From positions 7,626,001-7,690,000 of the forward strand of contig CM059452.1 of NCBI GenBank assembly GCA_030390025.1: a stretch of 64,000 nucleotides of DNA. The letters are read 5' to 3'. Source of the stretch: Squalus acanthias. Lineage: Eukaryota. Below, piece by piece: positions 1 to 12,651 of the stretch (its first letter is position 1; each line of letters begins with the position of its first letter). A program made the translations under genes and the position numbers. The notes beneath the pieces are model-generated. The model was given only the letters and a program-made list of their open reading frames with translations. It was not told the DNA's origin and made no database searches.

Positions 1-90
1 TCTTGTATTCCATTGAGCATAGAAGATTAAGAGGTGATCTAACTGAGGTGTTTAAGTTGATAAATGGAATTGATAGAGGAGATAGAGAGA

Positions 91-1194
91 ACATAAGAAC
101 ATAAGAACATAAGAAATAGGAGCAGGAGTAGGCCAATCGGCCCCTCGAGCCTGCTCCGCCATTCAATAAGATCATGGCTGATCTGATCCTAACCGCCAAT
201 CTACTATCTATCACAGAACCATCTCCTGCATCTAACAGAATTGCACACACGAAATAGGAGCAGAATCAGGCTACACGGTCCCTGGGCCCGCTCCACTACC
301 CACAGGGCCATGACCGATCCGAACCTAGACTCATGTCCAAATTCCTGCCCGCTCCCCGTAACCCTTAATGCCCTTTACTTCTAGGAAACTGTCTATTTCT
401 GTTTTAAATTTATTTAATGATGTAGCTTCTACAGCTTTTTGTGGCAGCATATTCCATGGACCTACCACCCTCTGAGTGAAGTAGTTCCTCCTCATCTCAG
501 TTTTGAAAGAGCAGCCCCTTATTCTAAGACTATGTCCCCTAGTTCTAGTCTCACCCGTCATCGGGAACATCCACCCCGCATCCACCCGATCCAACCCCTT
601 CACAATCTTATATGTTTCAATAAGATCGCCTCTCATTCTTCTGAACTCCAATGAGTAGAGTCCCAATCTACCCAACCTCTCCTCATATGACCACCCCCTC
701 ATCCCCGGGATTAACCGAGTGAACCTTTTTTGCACTGCCTCGAGAGCAAGGATGTCTTTCCTTAAGTAAGGACACCAAAACTGTATGCAGTATTCCAGGT
801 GCGGTCTCACCAATACCTTGTACAACTGAAGCAATACCTCCCTATTTTTATATTCTATCCCCCTAGCAATGAAAGCCAACATTCCATTTGCCTTCTTAAT
901 CACTTGCTGCACCTGCATACTAACCTTTTGAGTTTCGTGCACCAGGACCCCCAGATCCCTTTGCACTTCAGTACTCTCCAGTTTCTTGCCATTAAGATAA
1001 TAAATTGCTCTAGGATTTTTCCTGCCAAAGTGCATCACCTCACACTTTCCAGTGTTGTATTCCATCTGCCAAATCTCTGTCCACTTACTTAGCCTGTCTA
1101 TGTCCCCTTTCAGGTTTTTTATGTCCTCCTCACTCACTACTTTCCCTCCCATCTTTGTATCATCTGCAAATTTTGATATGTTACACTTGGTCCC
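91..1194 (-). mobile_element. CR1-type LINE, 5'-truncated (RT C-terminal ORF, 3' UTR, (TCTTATGT)n tail), inserted into an older + strand CR1 fragment (1-90, ~1195-1507)
   Basis: ORF 331..1284 has KFADDTK and RPHLEYCIQFW motifs; ACATAAGA repeats at 91-113; insertion absent from the paralogous site near 57333. Confidence 0.9.
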
Positions 1195-2169
1195 TTCCTC
1201 TGGTGCGGGAGTCCAGAACAAGGGGCATAGCCTTAAAATTAGAACCGAGCCCTTCAGGGGTGATGTCAGGAAGCACTTCTTCAAACAAAGGACAGTGGAA
1301 ATCTGGAACTCGCTCCTCCCAGAAGCTGTTGAGTCTGGGGTTCAACTGAAAATTTCAAAACTGAGATTGATAGATGTTTGGTAGGCAAGTTATCAAGGGT
1401 TACAGAAACAAGGCGAGTAGATGGTGTTGAGGTGTAGATCAGCCATGATCTCACTGAATGGCGGAACAGGCTGGATGGGCTGAATGGCCTACTCCTGGTT
1501 CCCATGTTGCTATTACTGCCCTGCGGTCATATTTCCTTCTGACTGTCTCTCACCAGACATGAGAAATGCTCACTAATGAGAGAAATTAACAAACTACTTC
1601 ACATCGGCATTACACATTATTCACCACCAAAAACGACCCCTTGGAACTCCATTCTCCTGACCTTTCACTTCTCCTCAAAATCGCAACAAGACACCAGAAA
1701 ATTAACTTTGCTTCCTATTGCACTTAAAATCCTGGATATCATTTGACACTCGTTTTCAACCAGTGTAATTTTCGTGTGGAGCTCTTGATGCTGGGGGCGG
1801 AGCCATTATAATGAGCGGGATGCGTTCGCGCTCAAGGATCGATAGACGGGCGTAAAGGAGCAAGGGATTTCAGGAAGAGCGCCATTTTGTGCCTAATAAA
1901 ATTGCGCCGGAATTTATTCAATGTTTTTACGCCGGGTATTTGCTTCACAGCCCATTACAGGTGGCTCTGGGAGCAAATACACAGGAAATGTTAAAGAGTC
2001 TCCCGGAATCCTTGTCAATTCGTTGTCCTTCCAATAACGATGGTGTTTAAGTAACAACGAGAGGTTGCTATCTCAAAGGTGATTTATTCTCCCTGAGAGA
2101 GTGAAGGCTGAATACTGGTGTCCTGATTCTGAAGATGAAGCTTTGCTTGACTTTAATTTCTGTTCACAG

Positions 2170-2478
2170 ATGGTTCCTCATGCACCATCCAGAAATCACT
2201 CTTCCGCAACCGTCACTAGCAACAAGTCTTACTGGAGGCGACGGTGACCTTAACCTGCGTCGTGTCTGATGCTCCTCATGGAGTCAACGTGTCCTGGACC
2301 CGAGAAAAGGAGACTTTGAAATCAGAGATTGCCGTCCAACCCGGAGAGGCTCCCAACAGCGTGATCAGCAAATTAAACATCTCGACACAAGCCTGGCTGA
2401 GTGGGGATAAGTTCTACTGCGTGGTGAGCCTTCAGGATATGCCGACTCCTATAAGAGATTCCATCCACAAGGAAAAAG
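2170..2478 (+). pseudogene. IGHM: IgM CH3 exon, cluster 1, with in-frame TAG at 2217-2219
   Basis: cacag acceptor and G|gtgag donor; near-identical to 58354-58662, but a -1 and a +1 indel flank a TAG; VTLTCVV..VSWT..FYCVVS C1-set motifs. Confidence 0.85.
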
Positions 2479-2996
2479 GTGAGCGGTGAGATTGTAGCAA
2501 TAAGTGAGACTCTGTGACTATTTCCGGTGCTTGTTCACGGCCCAATTCGTTCTATTCAGTGTTTTAATGGACTGCTCTGATAATTCAATGGGTAATTCCA
2601 CTAGCTAATCCCTCTGGGACCCGAGATGATGCATTTAAAGGGAAGCTGGATAAGTCAATGAGGGAAAAAGGAATAGAAGGATATATTATTAGGGTTAGAT
2701 GAAGTAAGGTGGGAGGAGTCTCGAGTGGAGCATAAACAGGGGCATTGACCAGTTGGGCCGAATGGTCTGTTTCTGTGATGTAAATTCTATATAATTTTCC
2801 AGTCCAACTCTTCAAGCTCCCAGAGAGAAGGATTGTATCTCCCTCTGCTCCGGGCTGGAAAACCGTACAGGACACAGAGGGGAAAAGGGATTCCTTTAAA
2901 ATTCAAGGCAAAGCACATTTCTCTCACATATAACCGCCGGTTTCATTGTCTCTGGAATTCTTCAGTTTATTGACCTTTATTGTAATTGTTCTGCAG

Positions 2997-3388
2997 CTAA
3001 AGATCCGCGGGAACCGTCCGTGTCTGTCCTCCTGCCCCCGGCAGAAGAAGTCTCCGCTCAGAGGTTCGTCAGCCTCACCTGCTTAGTGAGAGGTTTCTCC
3101 CCCCAAGAGATCTTCGTCAAGTGGACCGTCAATGACAAGCCGGTGAATTCCGGCAACTACAAGAACACCGAGGTGATGGCGGAGAACGGCAGCAGTTCAT
3201 TCTTCATGTACAGCCTGTTATCCATTGCAGCGGAGGAGTGGGCCAGCGGCGCTTCTTACTCCTGTGTGGTGGGACATGAAGCGATCCCCTTGAAGATCAT
3301 CAACAGAACGGTTAATAAATCCAGCGGTAAACCCAGTTTTGTCAACATTTCCCTTGTTCTGATGGACACCGTCAATTCTTGTCAATGA
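2997..3388 (+). CDS. IGHM: IgM CH4 exon plus secretory tailpiece, cluster 1
   Basis: ctgcag acceptor; [21 protein letters not shown]; tail [20 protein letters not shown] with NIS sequon and penultimate Cys; internal G|GTAAA donor at 3326/3327 for the membrane form; AATAAA at 3417 and 3426. Confidence 0.95.
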
Positions 3389-3820
3389 GAATCTCTCGAT
3401 TGCATTTCAGTTCTTGAATAAAACCAATAAAGGCCTTTTCTTCCAATCGTCAGTTACACACACAGCCGCTCAGTTAATTGTGTTTCCCAGTTTTGCCAAG
3501 GGGAGGGCTGTTTATCTGAATCAGGCGATTTGCCGGTCTCGGGTCCAAGGCTTGTACAGCCAGCGCTCCCAGCTCAGATACACCACGGGTTAGAGACAGA
3601 CTGAAGCTCTGTCATTACAGGATTCCTCAAAGTCACTTCAGCAACTTTCCTCCCGCTGGGGGGAATCAAAAAGTTCCCATTTCAGACAAACAAACGCAGC
3701 ACATTTAGATCTCGGTGTCCCTGTTTCTCGTGTTGTCCATCCTTCAGAATTGGGGCAGTTTTATTTTGCAGAGTCGCACCCTGTGGGATCTGAAATAAGG
3801 CCACACACGAACACGAACTG

Positions 3821-6800
3821 TAACCCCACTCCCCCACCAGAGAGAGGGGAAAGGGCAATTGTTAACCCACTGTACCCCCACTCCCTCACCAGAGAGAGGG
3901 GAAAGGGCAATTGTTAACCCACTGTACCCCACTCCCCACCAGAGAGAGGGGAAAGGGCAATTGTTAACCCACTGTACCCCCACTCCCCCACCAGAGAGAG
4001 GGGAAAGGGCAATTGTTAACCCACTGTACCCCACACCCCCACCAGAGAGAGGGGAAAGGGTAATTGTTAACCCACTGTACCCCCACTCCCCCACCAGAGA
4101 GAGGGAAAAGGGCAATTGTTAACCCACTGTACCTCCCACTCCCCCACTAGAGAGAGGCGAAAGGGCAATTGATTAACCCACTGTACCCCCACTCCCCCAC
4201 CAGAGAGAGGGGAAAGGGCAATTGTTAACCCACTGTACCCCCACTCCCCACCAGAGAGAGGGGAAAGGGCAATTGTTAACCCACTGTACCCCCACTCCCC
4301 ACCAGAGAGAGGGGAAAGGGCAATTGTTAACCCACTGTACCCCCACTCCCCACCAGAGAGAGGGGAAAGGGCAATTGTTAACACACTGTACCCCCACTCC
4401 CCCACCAGAGAGAGGGGAAAGGGCAATTGTTAACACACTGTACCCCCACTCCCCCACCAGAGAGAGGGGAAAGGGCAATTGTTAACACACTGTACCCCCC
4501 ACTCCCCCACCAGAGAGAGGGGAAAGGGCAATTGTTAACCCACTGTACCTCCCACTCCCCCACCAGAGAGAGGGGAAAGGGCAATTGTTAACCCACTGTA
4601 CCTCCCACTCCCCCACCAGAGAGAGGGGAAAGGGCAATTGTTAACCCACTGTACCCCCCACTCCCCCACCAGAGAGAGGGGAAAGGGCAATTGTTAACCC
4701 ACTGTACCTCCCACTCCCCCACCAGAGAGAGGGGGAAAGGGCAATTGTTAACCCACTGTACCCCCACTCCCCCACCAGAGAGAGGGGAAAGGGCAATTGT
4801 TAACCCACTGTACCCCCACTCCCCCACCAGAGAGAGGGGAAAGGGCAATTGTTAACCCACTGTACCCCCACTCCCCCACCAGAGAGAGGGGAAAGGGCAA
4901 TTGTTAACCCACTGTACCCCCACTCCCCCACCAGAGAGAGGGGAAAGGGCAATTGTTAACCCACTGTACCTCCCACTCCCCCACCAGAGAGAGGGGAAAG
5001 GGCAATTGTTAACCCACTGTACCTCCCACTCCCCCACCAGAGAGAGGGGAAAGGGCAATTGTTGACCCACTGTACCCCCACTCCCCCACCAGAGAGAGGG
5101 GAAAGGGCAATTGTTAACCCACTGTACCCCACTCCCCCACCAGAGAGAGGGGAAAGGGCAATTGTTAACCCACTGTACCTCCCACTCCCCCACCAGAGAG
5201 AGGGGAAAGGGCAATTGTTAACCCACTGTATCTCCCACTCCCCTACCAGAGAGTGGGGAAAGGGCAATTGTTAACCCACTGTACACTCACTTCCTCACCA
5301 GAGAGAGGGGAAAGGGCAATTGTTAACCCTCTGTACCCCCACTCCCCCACCAGAGAGAGGGGAAAGGGCAATTGTTAACCCACTGTACCCCCACTCCCCC
5401 ACCAGAGAGAGGGGAAAGGGCAATTGTTAACCCACTGTACCCCCCACTCCCCCACCAGAGAGAGGGGAAAGGGCAATTGTTAACCCACTGTACCCCCCAC
5501 TCCCTCACCAGAGAGAGGGGGAAAGGGCAATTGTTAACCCACTGTACCCCAACTCCCCCACCAGCGAGAGCGGAAAGGGCAATTGTTAACCCACTGTACC
5601 CCCACTCCCCCACCAGAGAGATGGGAAAGAGCAATTGTTAACCCACTTTACCCCCCACTCCCCCACCAGAGAGGGGGGAAAGGACAATTGTTAACCCTCT
5701 GTACCCCAACTCCCCCACTAGAGAGAGGGGAAAGGGCAATTGTTACCCTCTGTACCCCAACTCCCCCACCAGAGAGAGGGGAAAGGGCAATTGTTAACCC
5801 ACTGTATCTCCCACTCCCCCACCAGAGAGAGGGGAAAGGGCAATTGTTAGCGCACTGTACCCCCACTCCCCCACCAGAGAGAGGGGAAAGGGCAATTGTT
5901 AACCCACTGTACCCCCACTCCCCCACCAGTGAGAGGGGAAAGGGCAATTGTTAACCCACTGTACCCCCACTCCCCCACCAGAGAGAGGGGAAAGGGCAAT
6001 TGTTAACCCACTGTACCCCCCACTACCTCACCAGAGAGAGGGGGAAAGGGCAATTGTTAACTCACTGTACCCCAACTCCCCCAACAGAGAGAGCGGAAAG
6101 GGCAATTGTTAACCCACTGTACCCCCACTCCCCCACCAGAGAGAGGGGAAAGGCAATTCTTAACCCACTGTATCTCCCACTCCCCCACCAGAGAGACGGG
6201 AAAGGGCAATTGTTAGCACACTGTACCACCCACTCCCCCACTAGAGAGAGGGGAAAGGGCAATTGTTAACTCACTGTACCTCCCACTCCCCCACCAGAGA
6301 GAGGGGAAAGGGCAATTGTTAACTCACTGTACCTCCCACTCCCCCACCAGAGAGAGGGGAAAGGGTAATTGTTAATCCACTGTACCTCCCACTCCCGCAC
6401 CAGAGAGAGGGGAAAGGGCAATTGTTCACCCACTGTACCCCCACTCCCGCACCGGAGAGAGGGGAAAGGGCAATTGTTAACACACTGTACCCCCACTCCC
6501 CCACCAGAGAGAGGGGAAAGGGCAATTGTTAACTCACTGTATCTCCCACTCCCCCACCAGAGAGAGGGGAAAGGGCAATTGTTGACCCACTGTACCCCCC
6601 ACTCCCCACCAGAGAGAGGAGAAAGGGCAATTGTTAACCAACTGTAGCCCAACTCCCCCACCAGAGAGAGGGGAAAGGGCAATTGTTAACCCACTGTACC
6701 TCCCACTCCCCCACCAGAGAGAGGGGAAAGGGCAATTGTTAACCCACTGTATCTCCCACTCCCTCACCAGAGAGAGGGGAAAGGGCAATTGTTAACCCAC

Positions 6801-8925
6801 TGTACCTCCACTCCCTCACCAGAGAGAGGGGAAAGGGCAATTGTTAACCCTCTGTACCCCCACTCCCCCACCAGAGAGAGGGGAAAGGGCAATTGTTAAC
6901 CCACTGTACCCCCACTCCCCCACCAGAGAGAGGGGAAAGGGCAATTGTTAACCCACTGTACCCCCCACTCCCCCACCAGAGAGAGGGGAAAGGGCAATTG
7001 TTAACCCACTGTACCCCCACTCCCTCACCAGAGAGAGGGGAAAGGGCAATTGTTAACCCACTGTACCCCAACTCCCCCACCAGAGAGAGGGAAAGGGCAA
7101 TTGTTAACCCACTGTACCCCCACTCCCCCACCAGAGAGAGGGAAAGAGCAATTGTTAACCCACTGTACCCCCACTCCCCCACCAGAGAGAGGGGAAAGGG
7201 CAATTGTTAACCCTCTGTACCCCCACTCCCCCACTAGAGAGAGGGGAAAGGGCAATTGTTAACCCTCTGTACCCCAACTCCCCCACTAGAGAGAGGGGAA
7301 AGGGCAATTGTTAACCCACTGTATCTCCCACTCCCCCACCAGAGAGAGGGGAAAGGGCAATTGTTAGCGCACTGTACCCCCACTCCCCCACCAGAGAGAG
7401 GGGAAAGGGCAATTGTTAACCCACTGTACCCCCCACTCCCCCACCAGTGAGAGGGGAAAGGGCAATTGTTAACCCACTGTACCCCCACTCCCCCACCAGA
7501 GAGAGGGGAAAGGGCAATTGTTAACCCACTGTACCCCCCACTACCTCACCAGAGAGAGGGGAAAGGGCAATTGTTAACTCACTGTACCCCAACTCCCCCA
7601 ACAGAGAGAGCGGAAAGGGCAATTGTTAACCCACTGTACCCCCACTCCCCCACCAGAGAGAGGGGAAAGGCAATTCTTAACCCACTGTATCTCCCACTCC
7701 CCCACCAGAGAGACGGGAAAGGGCAATTGTTAGCACACTGTACCACCCACTCCCCCACTAGAGAGAGGGGAAAGGGCAATTGTTAACTCACTGTACCTCC
7801 CACTCCCCCACCCGAGAGAGGGGAAAGGGTAATTGTTAACTCACTGTACCTCCCACACCCCCACCAGATAGAGGGGAAAGGGTAATTGTTAATCCACTGT
7901 ACCTCCCACTCCCGCACCAGAGAGAGGGGAAAGGGCAATTGTTCACCCACTGTACCCCCACTCCCGCACCGGAGAGAGGGGAAAGGGCAATTGTTAACAC
8001 ACTGTACCCCCCACTCCCCCACCAGAGAGAGGGGAAAGGGCAATTGTTAACTCACTGTATCTCCCACTCCCCCACCAGAGAGAGGGGAAAGGGCAATTGT
8101 TAACACACTGTAACCCCACCCCCGCAGCAGAGAGAGTGGAAAGGGCAATTGTTCACCCACTGTAACCCCAATCCCCCACCAGAGAGAGGGGAAAGGGCAA
8201 TTGTTAACCCGTTGTACCTCCCACTCCCCACCAGAGAGAGGAGAAAGGGCAATTGTTAACCCACTGTAGCCCAACTCCCCCACCAGAGAGAGGGGAAAGG
8301 GCAATTGTTAACCCACTGTACCTGCACTCCCCCACCAGAGAGAGGAGAAAGGGTAATTGTTAACCCTCTGTACACCCACTCCCCCACCAGAGAGAGGGGA
8401 AAGGGCAATTGTTAACCCACTGTATCTCCCACTCCCCCAGCAGAGAGAGGGGAAAGAGTAATTGTTAACCCACTGTACCTCCCACTCCCCACCAGAGAGA
8501 GGGGAAAGGGCAATTGTTAACCCACTGTACCTGCACTCCCCCACCAGAGAGAGGAGAAAGGGTAATTGTTAACCCTCTGTACCCCCACTCCCCCACCAGA
8601 GAGAGGGGAAAGGGCAATTGTTAACCCACTGTATCTCCCACTCCCCCAGCAGAGAGAGGGGAAAGGGTAATTGTTAACCCACTGTACCTCCCACTCCCCA
8701 CCAGAGAGAGGGGAAAGGGCAATTGGTAACCCACTGGACCTCCCACTCCCTCGCCAGAGAGAGGGGAAAGGGCAATTGTTAACCCACTGTACCTCCTACT
8801 CCCCCACCAGAGAGAGGGGAAAGGGCAATTGTTAACCCACTGTACCTCCCACTCCTCACCAGAGAGAGGGGAAAGGGCAATTGTTAACCCACTGTACCTC
8901 CCACTCCCCACCAGAGAGAGCGGAG
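3821..8925. repeat. ~53-bp minisatellite (~5.1 kb) in the CH4-TM intron
   Basis: tandem CCCCACCAGAGAGAGGGGAAAGGGCAATTGTTAACCCACTGTACCCCCACT units. Confidence 0.98.
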
Positions 8926-9249
8926 GTGAGCCAATCTCTATTATATGAACGCTGCTGCCATCAGTAAAAAGTCAGCTTTAACTCACGGTCTATAAACGTT
9001 AAAGTTGCCGCATGAGAATCATATTGTAAAATAAATATTTATTCAACAATTTATCTTTAACTAGTGTTTGGAGTAAATCTGTCCCTGTTATTCATAAACT
9101 AACATTGAATTTTAATAGTCCAAATTTGAACTGGTGATTGAATCCTCTGCGGGTTTCTCACGGTTGTGTCCCTGATGGTTCTGAGGCCCATCAGCTGACG
9201 TCACATTGCGTCTCACACATAACACATTTCCACAGAGCGGGGAAGAATG

Positions 9250-10040
9250 CGTGTAAAGTGAGTGTGTGTGTGTTTATGTGTAAGTGCGTTTGCGATTTTG
9301 TGTGAGTGTGTGTGTTTATGTGTAAGTGCACACTTACACATAAACACACAAAGGCTTACATATAAACACACACATTATCACATTGACATAGATTATTACA
9401 CATACCCAGAATATAATACACACCGTCATTGTCAGACCCAGTTATTGGTACTCTCTGAAACTTTGAACAGTACCGGAAATACACACGCGCACACCCTTAA
9501 ACAAAACACACACAAACACATGCATTAACACACACACACTTACACACCCATAAACACACACGCAACACAAACACACACACACAAACACACACTTACAAAC
9601 AAACACACAATTACACAGAAACACTCACACGCTTACACCTAAACAAACACAAAAACTTACACATAACCATAAACTTAACATAAACACACACATGGACGCA
9701 CATACACAAAAACAAACACACACTTAAACATAAACACACTTACAAATAAACTTACACAGAAACACACACACACAATTACAAATAAACACACACACTTATA
9801 CAAAGACTTACACATAAACATACACAACATGACAAAAATACACGCAGACTTACACATAATCACACCCTTACACATAAATACACATATATAGAATTACACA
9901 AACACGCAAACTTACACATCAACACACACATAATTACACAAACACACACACACACACTTAGACAGCAACACACACATTAACACACAAACACAGGCTAAAA
10001 CAAAACAAGAGATTGTCAGACACACATACGCAAACACGAA
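9250..10040. repeat. degenerate (GT)n/(CA)n low-complexity tract
   Basis: GT-rich then CA-rich sequence. Confidence 0.85.
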
Positions 10041-10661
10041 TGCGCGAAAAAAGCTCAGGCTATAGATGAATGTAGAATTAAAATGCACTTTTTGAACGAA
10101 CACAGTTTCCAACGATTGTCCTGAATGAATAATTATTGATTCCATAACATCTCACATTTCTCTATTCTGGTCCTACACATACACTGAATCAATGTTCTTG
10201 TTGGAAACTGATACAAGTTAATTGTGTTCAGAGCATTACCATAAGAAATAAATGAACAAGATTATAACTCACATCTGATATCTTACCCAGCCCCCTTGAC
10301 AGTCTCCAAATAAGTAGCTATCTAAACCTATCGTTACAATAATCGATATCAATCAGTAAACCTCCCTCGATATTTCATCATATTATTCCCGAATCATCGA
10401 TTGTACGAAATTGATGCAAAATCAATTAGCGTGTGACATTGAAGAAAAAACTGTCATTTTTTCCAACACGGACTATAGGAGGATCATAAAGGAAGAGCGA
10501 CTGTGGAGTTAGGAACAGAGATAGATTGCTGAGAGAGATTAACTTAACACAAGATATACTTTGAAAATTCAATTAGAGAACAGAAGGGAATATATAATAA
10601 TAATATGATATCTTGGATTAATAAAGTATCTAAATATATTTCCGCCTCTACATCCCCGTAG

Positions 10662-10789
10662 AATCCTCAGACCACATCTTGATTGAAGACTATGAGGAAG
10701 AGAGCGGCAGCATCTGGACAACCGCTTCCACATTCATCATCCTGTTCTTCCTGAGCATGTCCTACAGCGCTGCCGTCACTCTAGTGAAG
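10662..10789 (+). CDS. IGHM: IgM transmembrane exon TM1, cluster 1
   Basis: ccccgtag acceptor; ESSDHILIEDYEEESGSIWTTASTFIILFFLSMSYSAAVTLVK (CART motif); AAG|gtgagg donor. Confidence 0.95.
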
Positions 10790-10928
10790 GTGAGGAGATT
10801 CAATCCACTCACACTTCGATCAGACTGAAGCGATTTGACAAATCTCTAAAAGTTTCATTGATAAAACACTGAGATAAATGCCCCAAACCACTAAATCTCT
10901 GCTTCATTCTTTTATCCCTCTTTTACAG

Positions 10929-10937
10929 ATCAAGTGA
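10929..10937 (+). CDS. IGHM: IgM TM2 exon (IK-stop)
   Basis: ttttacag|ATC AAG TGA; AATAAA downstream at ~11001 and ~11394. Confidence 0.9.
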   Translation: MK

Positions 10938-11506
10938 ACGGTTGAATTTCGGACGCCGTGGATTTTCCTCATCTGTTTATTAACATCTCTGTGTCCTGAA
11001 AATAAAATATGTCCTCTTGGTGATTCTCAGAGTCAAATGACTTCAGTTAATAGATCCGAATCTGTAGCTGAGAAAATCAGAACCGGGATTTCCGTCTCTG
11101 TGTTTGAAATGTGTGAGATAATCGTGGCTATAATGTAAATGTATCTCAGAGTTTCACCGTTGTTTGAATATTTCATGTGTAAATAAGTCACTTTTCTCAT
11201 TCCTAATTGACAATTGTTCCCTTCCCTTTATGCTGAGCCCCTGTTTTCTCTCCCTGGTGTCTGTTACAGTTGTACAGATAACTGGCAGCTCAGACCGCCT
11301 GTGATCTGGTCTCAATGTGACGCTCTGTTGTTATATTCACTTTGTGTTAACTTTTTTAAAACTTCGCTGTAAATTGTTCTCTGTGAAATTGTTAATAAAT
11401 CTGGAATTACAAATGAACTAACTTGGACTTTGCTGAATTCCTTTCGCCAAGGTTCCTCCACACCGCTCCATTTTCCCTATCACACTTTGTTTTATTTCCC
11501 TGACAG

Positions 11507-11740
11507 GTATTTTTCACCCGTCCTGTCTGGGTTGTGTTTGAACCCAAGTCCCTTCGGTTAACGAGCCATTGCGCCACCCAGTGTCGCATCAGAGTAACGA
11601 CACCTTTACTACTGCCTTTCCATGTCAAGACCCAGAGGCGGAATGACTGCATAGCGACCAGGCGCACCTTGAAGTCCATTCTCACATTATGGTCTGTCAC
11701 AGTCACATGCCAGGTTCTATTAAAGAGCAGGGTTCTGCTC
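11507..11740 (+). pseudogene. possible highly degenerate Ig C1-set exon relic
   Basis: polypyrimidine-cag acceptor at 11506; frameshifted pieces FHPS, CL, VFEPKSLRLT, PVSHQSNDTFTT, EAE*L, VTCQV in C1-domain order. Confidence 0.35.
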
Positions 11741-11896
11741 CATCACAGCCTAATACAGTACAGTACATGGCAGAGTAAAGCTCCCTCTACACTGTCCCTA
11801 TATTACAACAGTGACTACAATTCAGAAAGTCCTTCATTGGTTGTGAAGCGCTTTGGGACGTCCGGTGGTCGTGAAAGGCGCTATATAAATGCAAGA

Positions 11897-12117
11897 AATA
11901 ACAACAGAAAACGCTGGAAAAACTCAGCAGGCGAGGCAGCATCCGTGGAGAGAGAAACAGAGTTAACGTTTCAGGTCGAAGACCTTTCTGATGAAAGGTC
12001 TTCGACCTGAAACGTTAACTCCGTTTCTCTCTCCACGGATGCTGCCTCGCCTGCTGAGTTTTTCCAGCGTTTTCTGTTGTTATTTCGGATTTCCAGCATC
12101 TGCAGTATTTTGCTATC
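11897..12117 (+). mobile_element. palindromic Penelope-like retroelement fragment with 14-bp TSD
   Basis: 94-bp inverted arms 11895-11988 / 11993-12086; TSD ATATAAATGCAAGA at 11883-11896 and 12118-12131; CTGATGA..GAAAC core. Confidence 0.7.
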
Positions 12118-12429
12118 ATATAAATGCAAGACTTTCTTTCTTCTTTATTTCCCAACAAACACGCCCAGGGCAGGTGTTAGATATCTGACACAGGCACACC
12201 AGCGAGCACAAACCCTGGGAATAATTCCCGAAGACTGGGCCTATCTGACGCACAGACTCTATCGCCATCTGTTCTCTTTAAACACACTCAGACACCCAAG
12301 GCAGAGAGGAAAGAAGGAGAGGTTGTATTTGAGGGACAGGAGATGAGGGATCACGCGGTGTCCACAGGCAGTGGGCTCTGCTGGATACAGTTTGTGTGAT
12401 AGACCAACAAAATCAAATTCTGATGGAAT

Positions 12430-12645
12430 ATCATTCCAGTTTGGTTCAGGCCAAGTATGCGAGTGGAACCATTCTCTCGGGGATGGCACCATAGAATGTA
12501 TTTTTGTTTTGGATTCGCCCCTTTAAAGGAGACCCGAATCAAATGGTCCACACAGACCAAGGAGAAAATTGGGCGTGACTGGGGTAACCACTTCCAACCC
12601 TTTTCCAATCTGAGCAACACTCATTTACCCTGACCCTCGGTCTCC
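12430..12645 (+). pseudogene. possible second degenerate Ig C1-set exon relic
   Basis: frameshifted pieces RPSMRVEP, DGTIECIF, GFAPLKETRIKWS, GVTGVTTSNP, FTLT; ends at a CR1 insertion. Confidence 0.3.
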
Positions 12646-12651
12646 TGTTTC

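Noticed and set aside
3744-8911. many proline/glycine-rich ORFs; CRISPR-like periodicity (also 59822-63987)
   Set aside because: Translations of a spacer-less tandem minisatellite; no unique spacers or cas genes, vertebrate context
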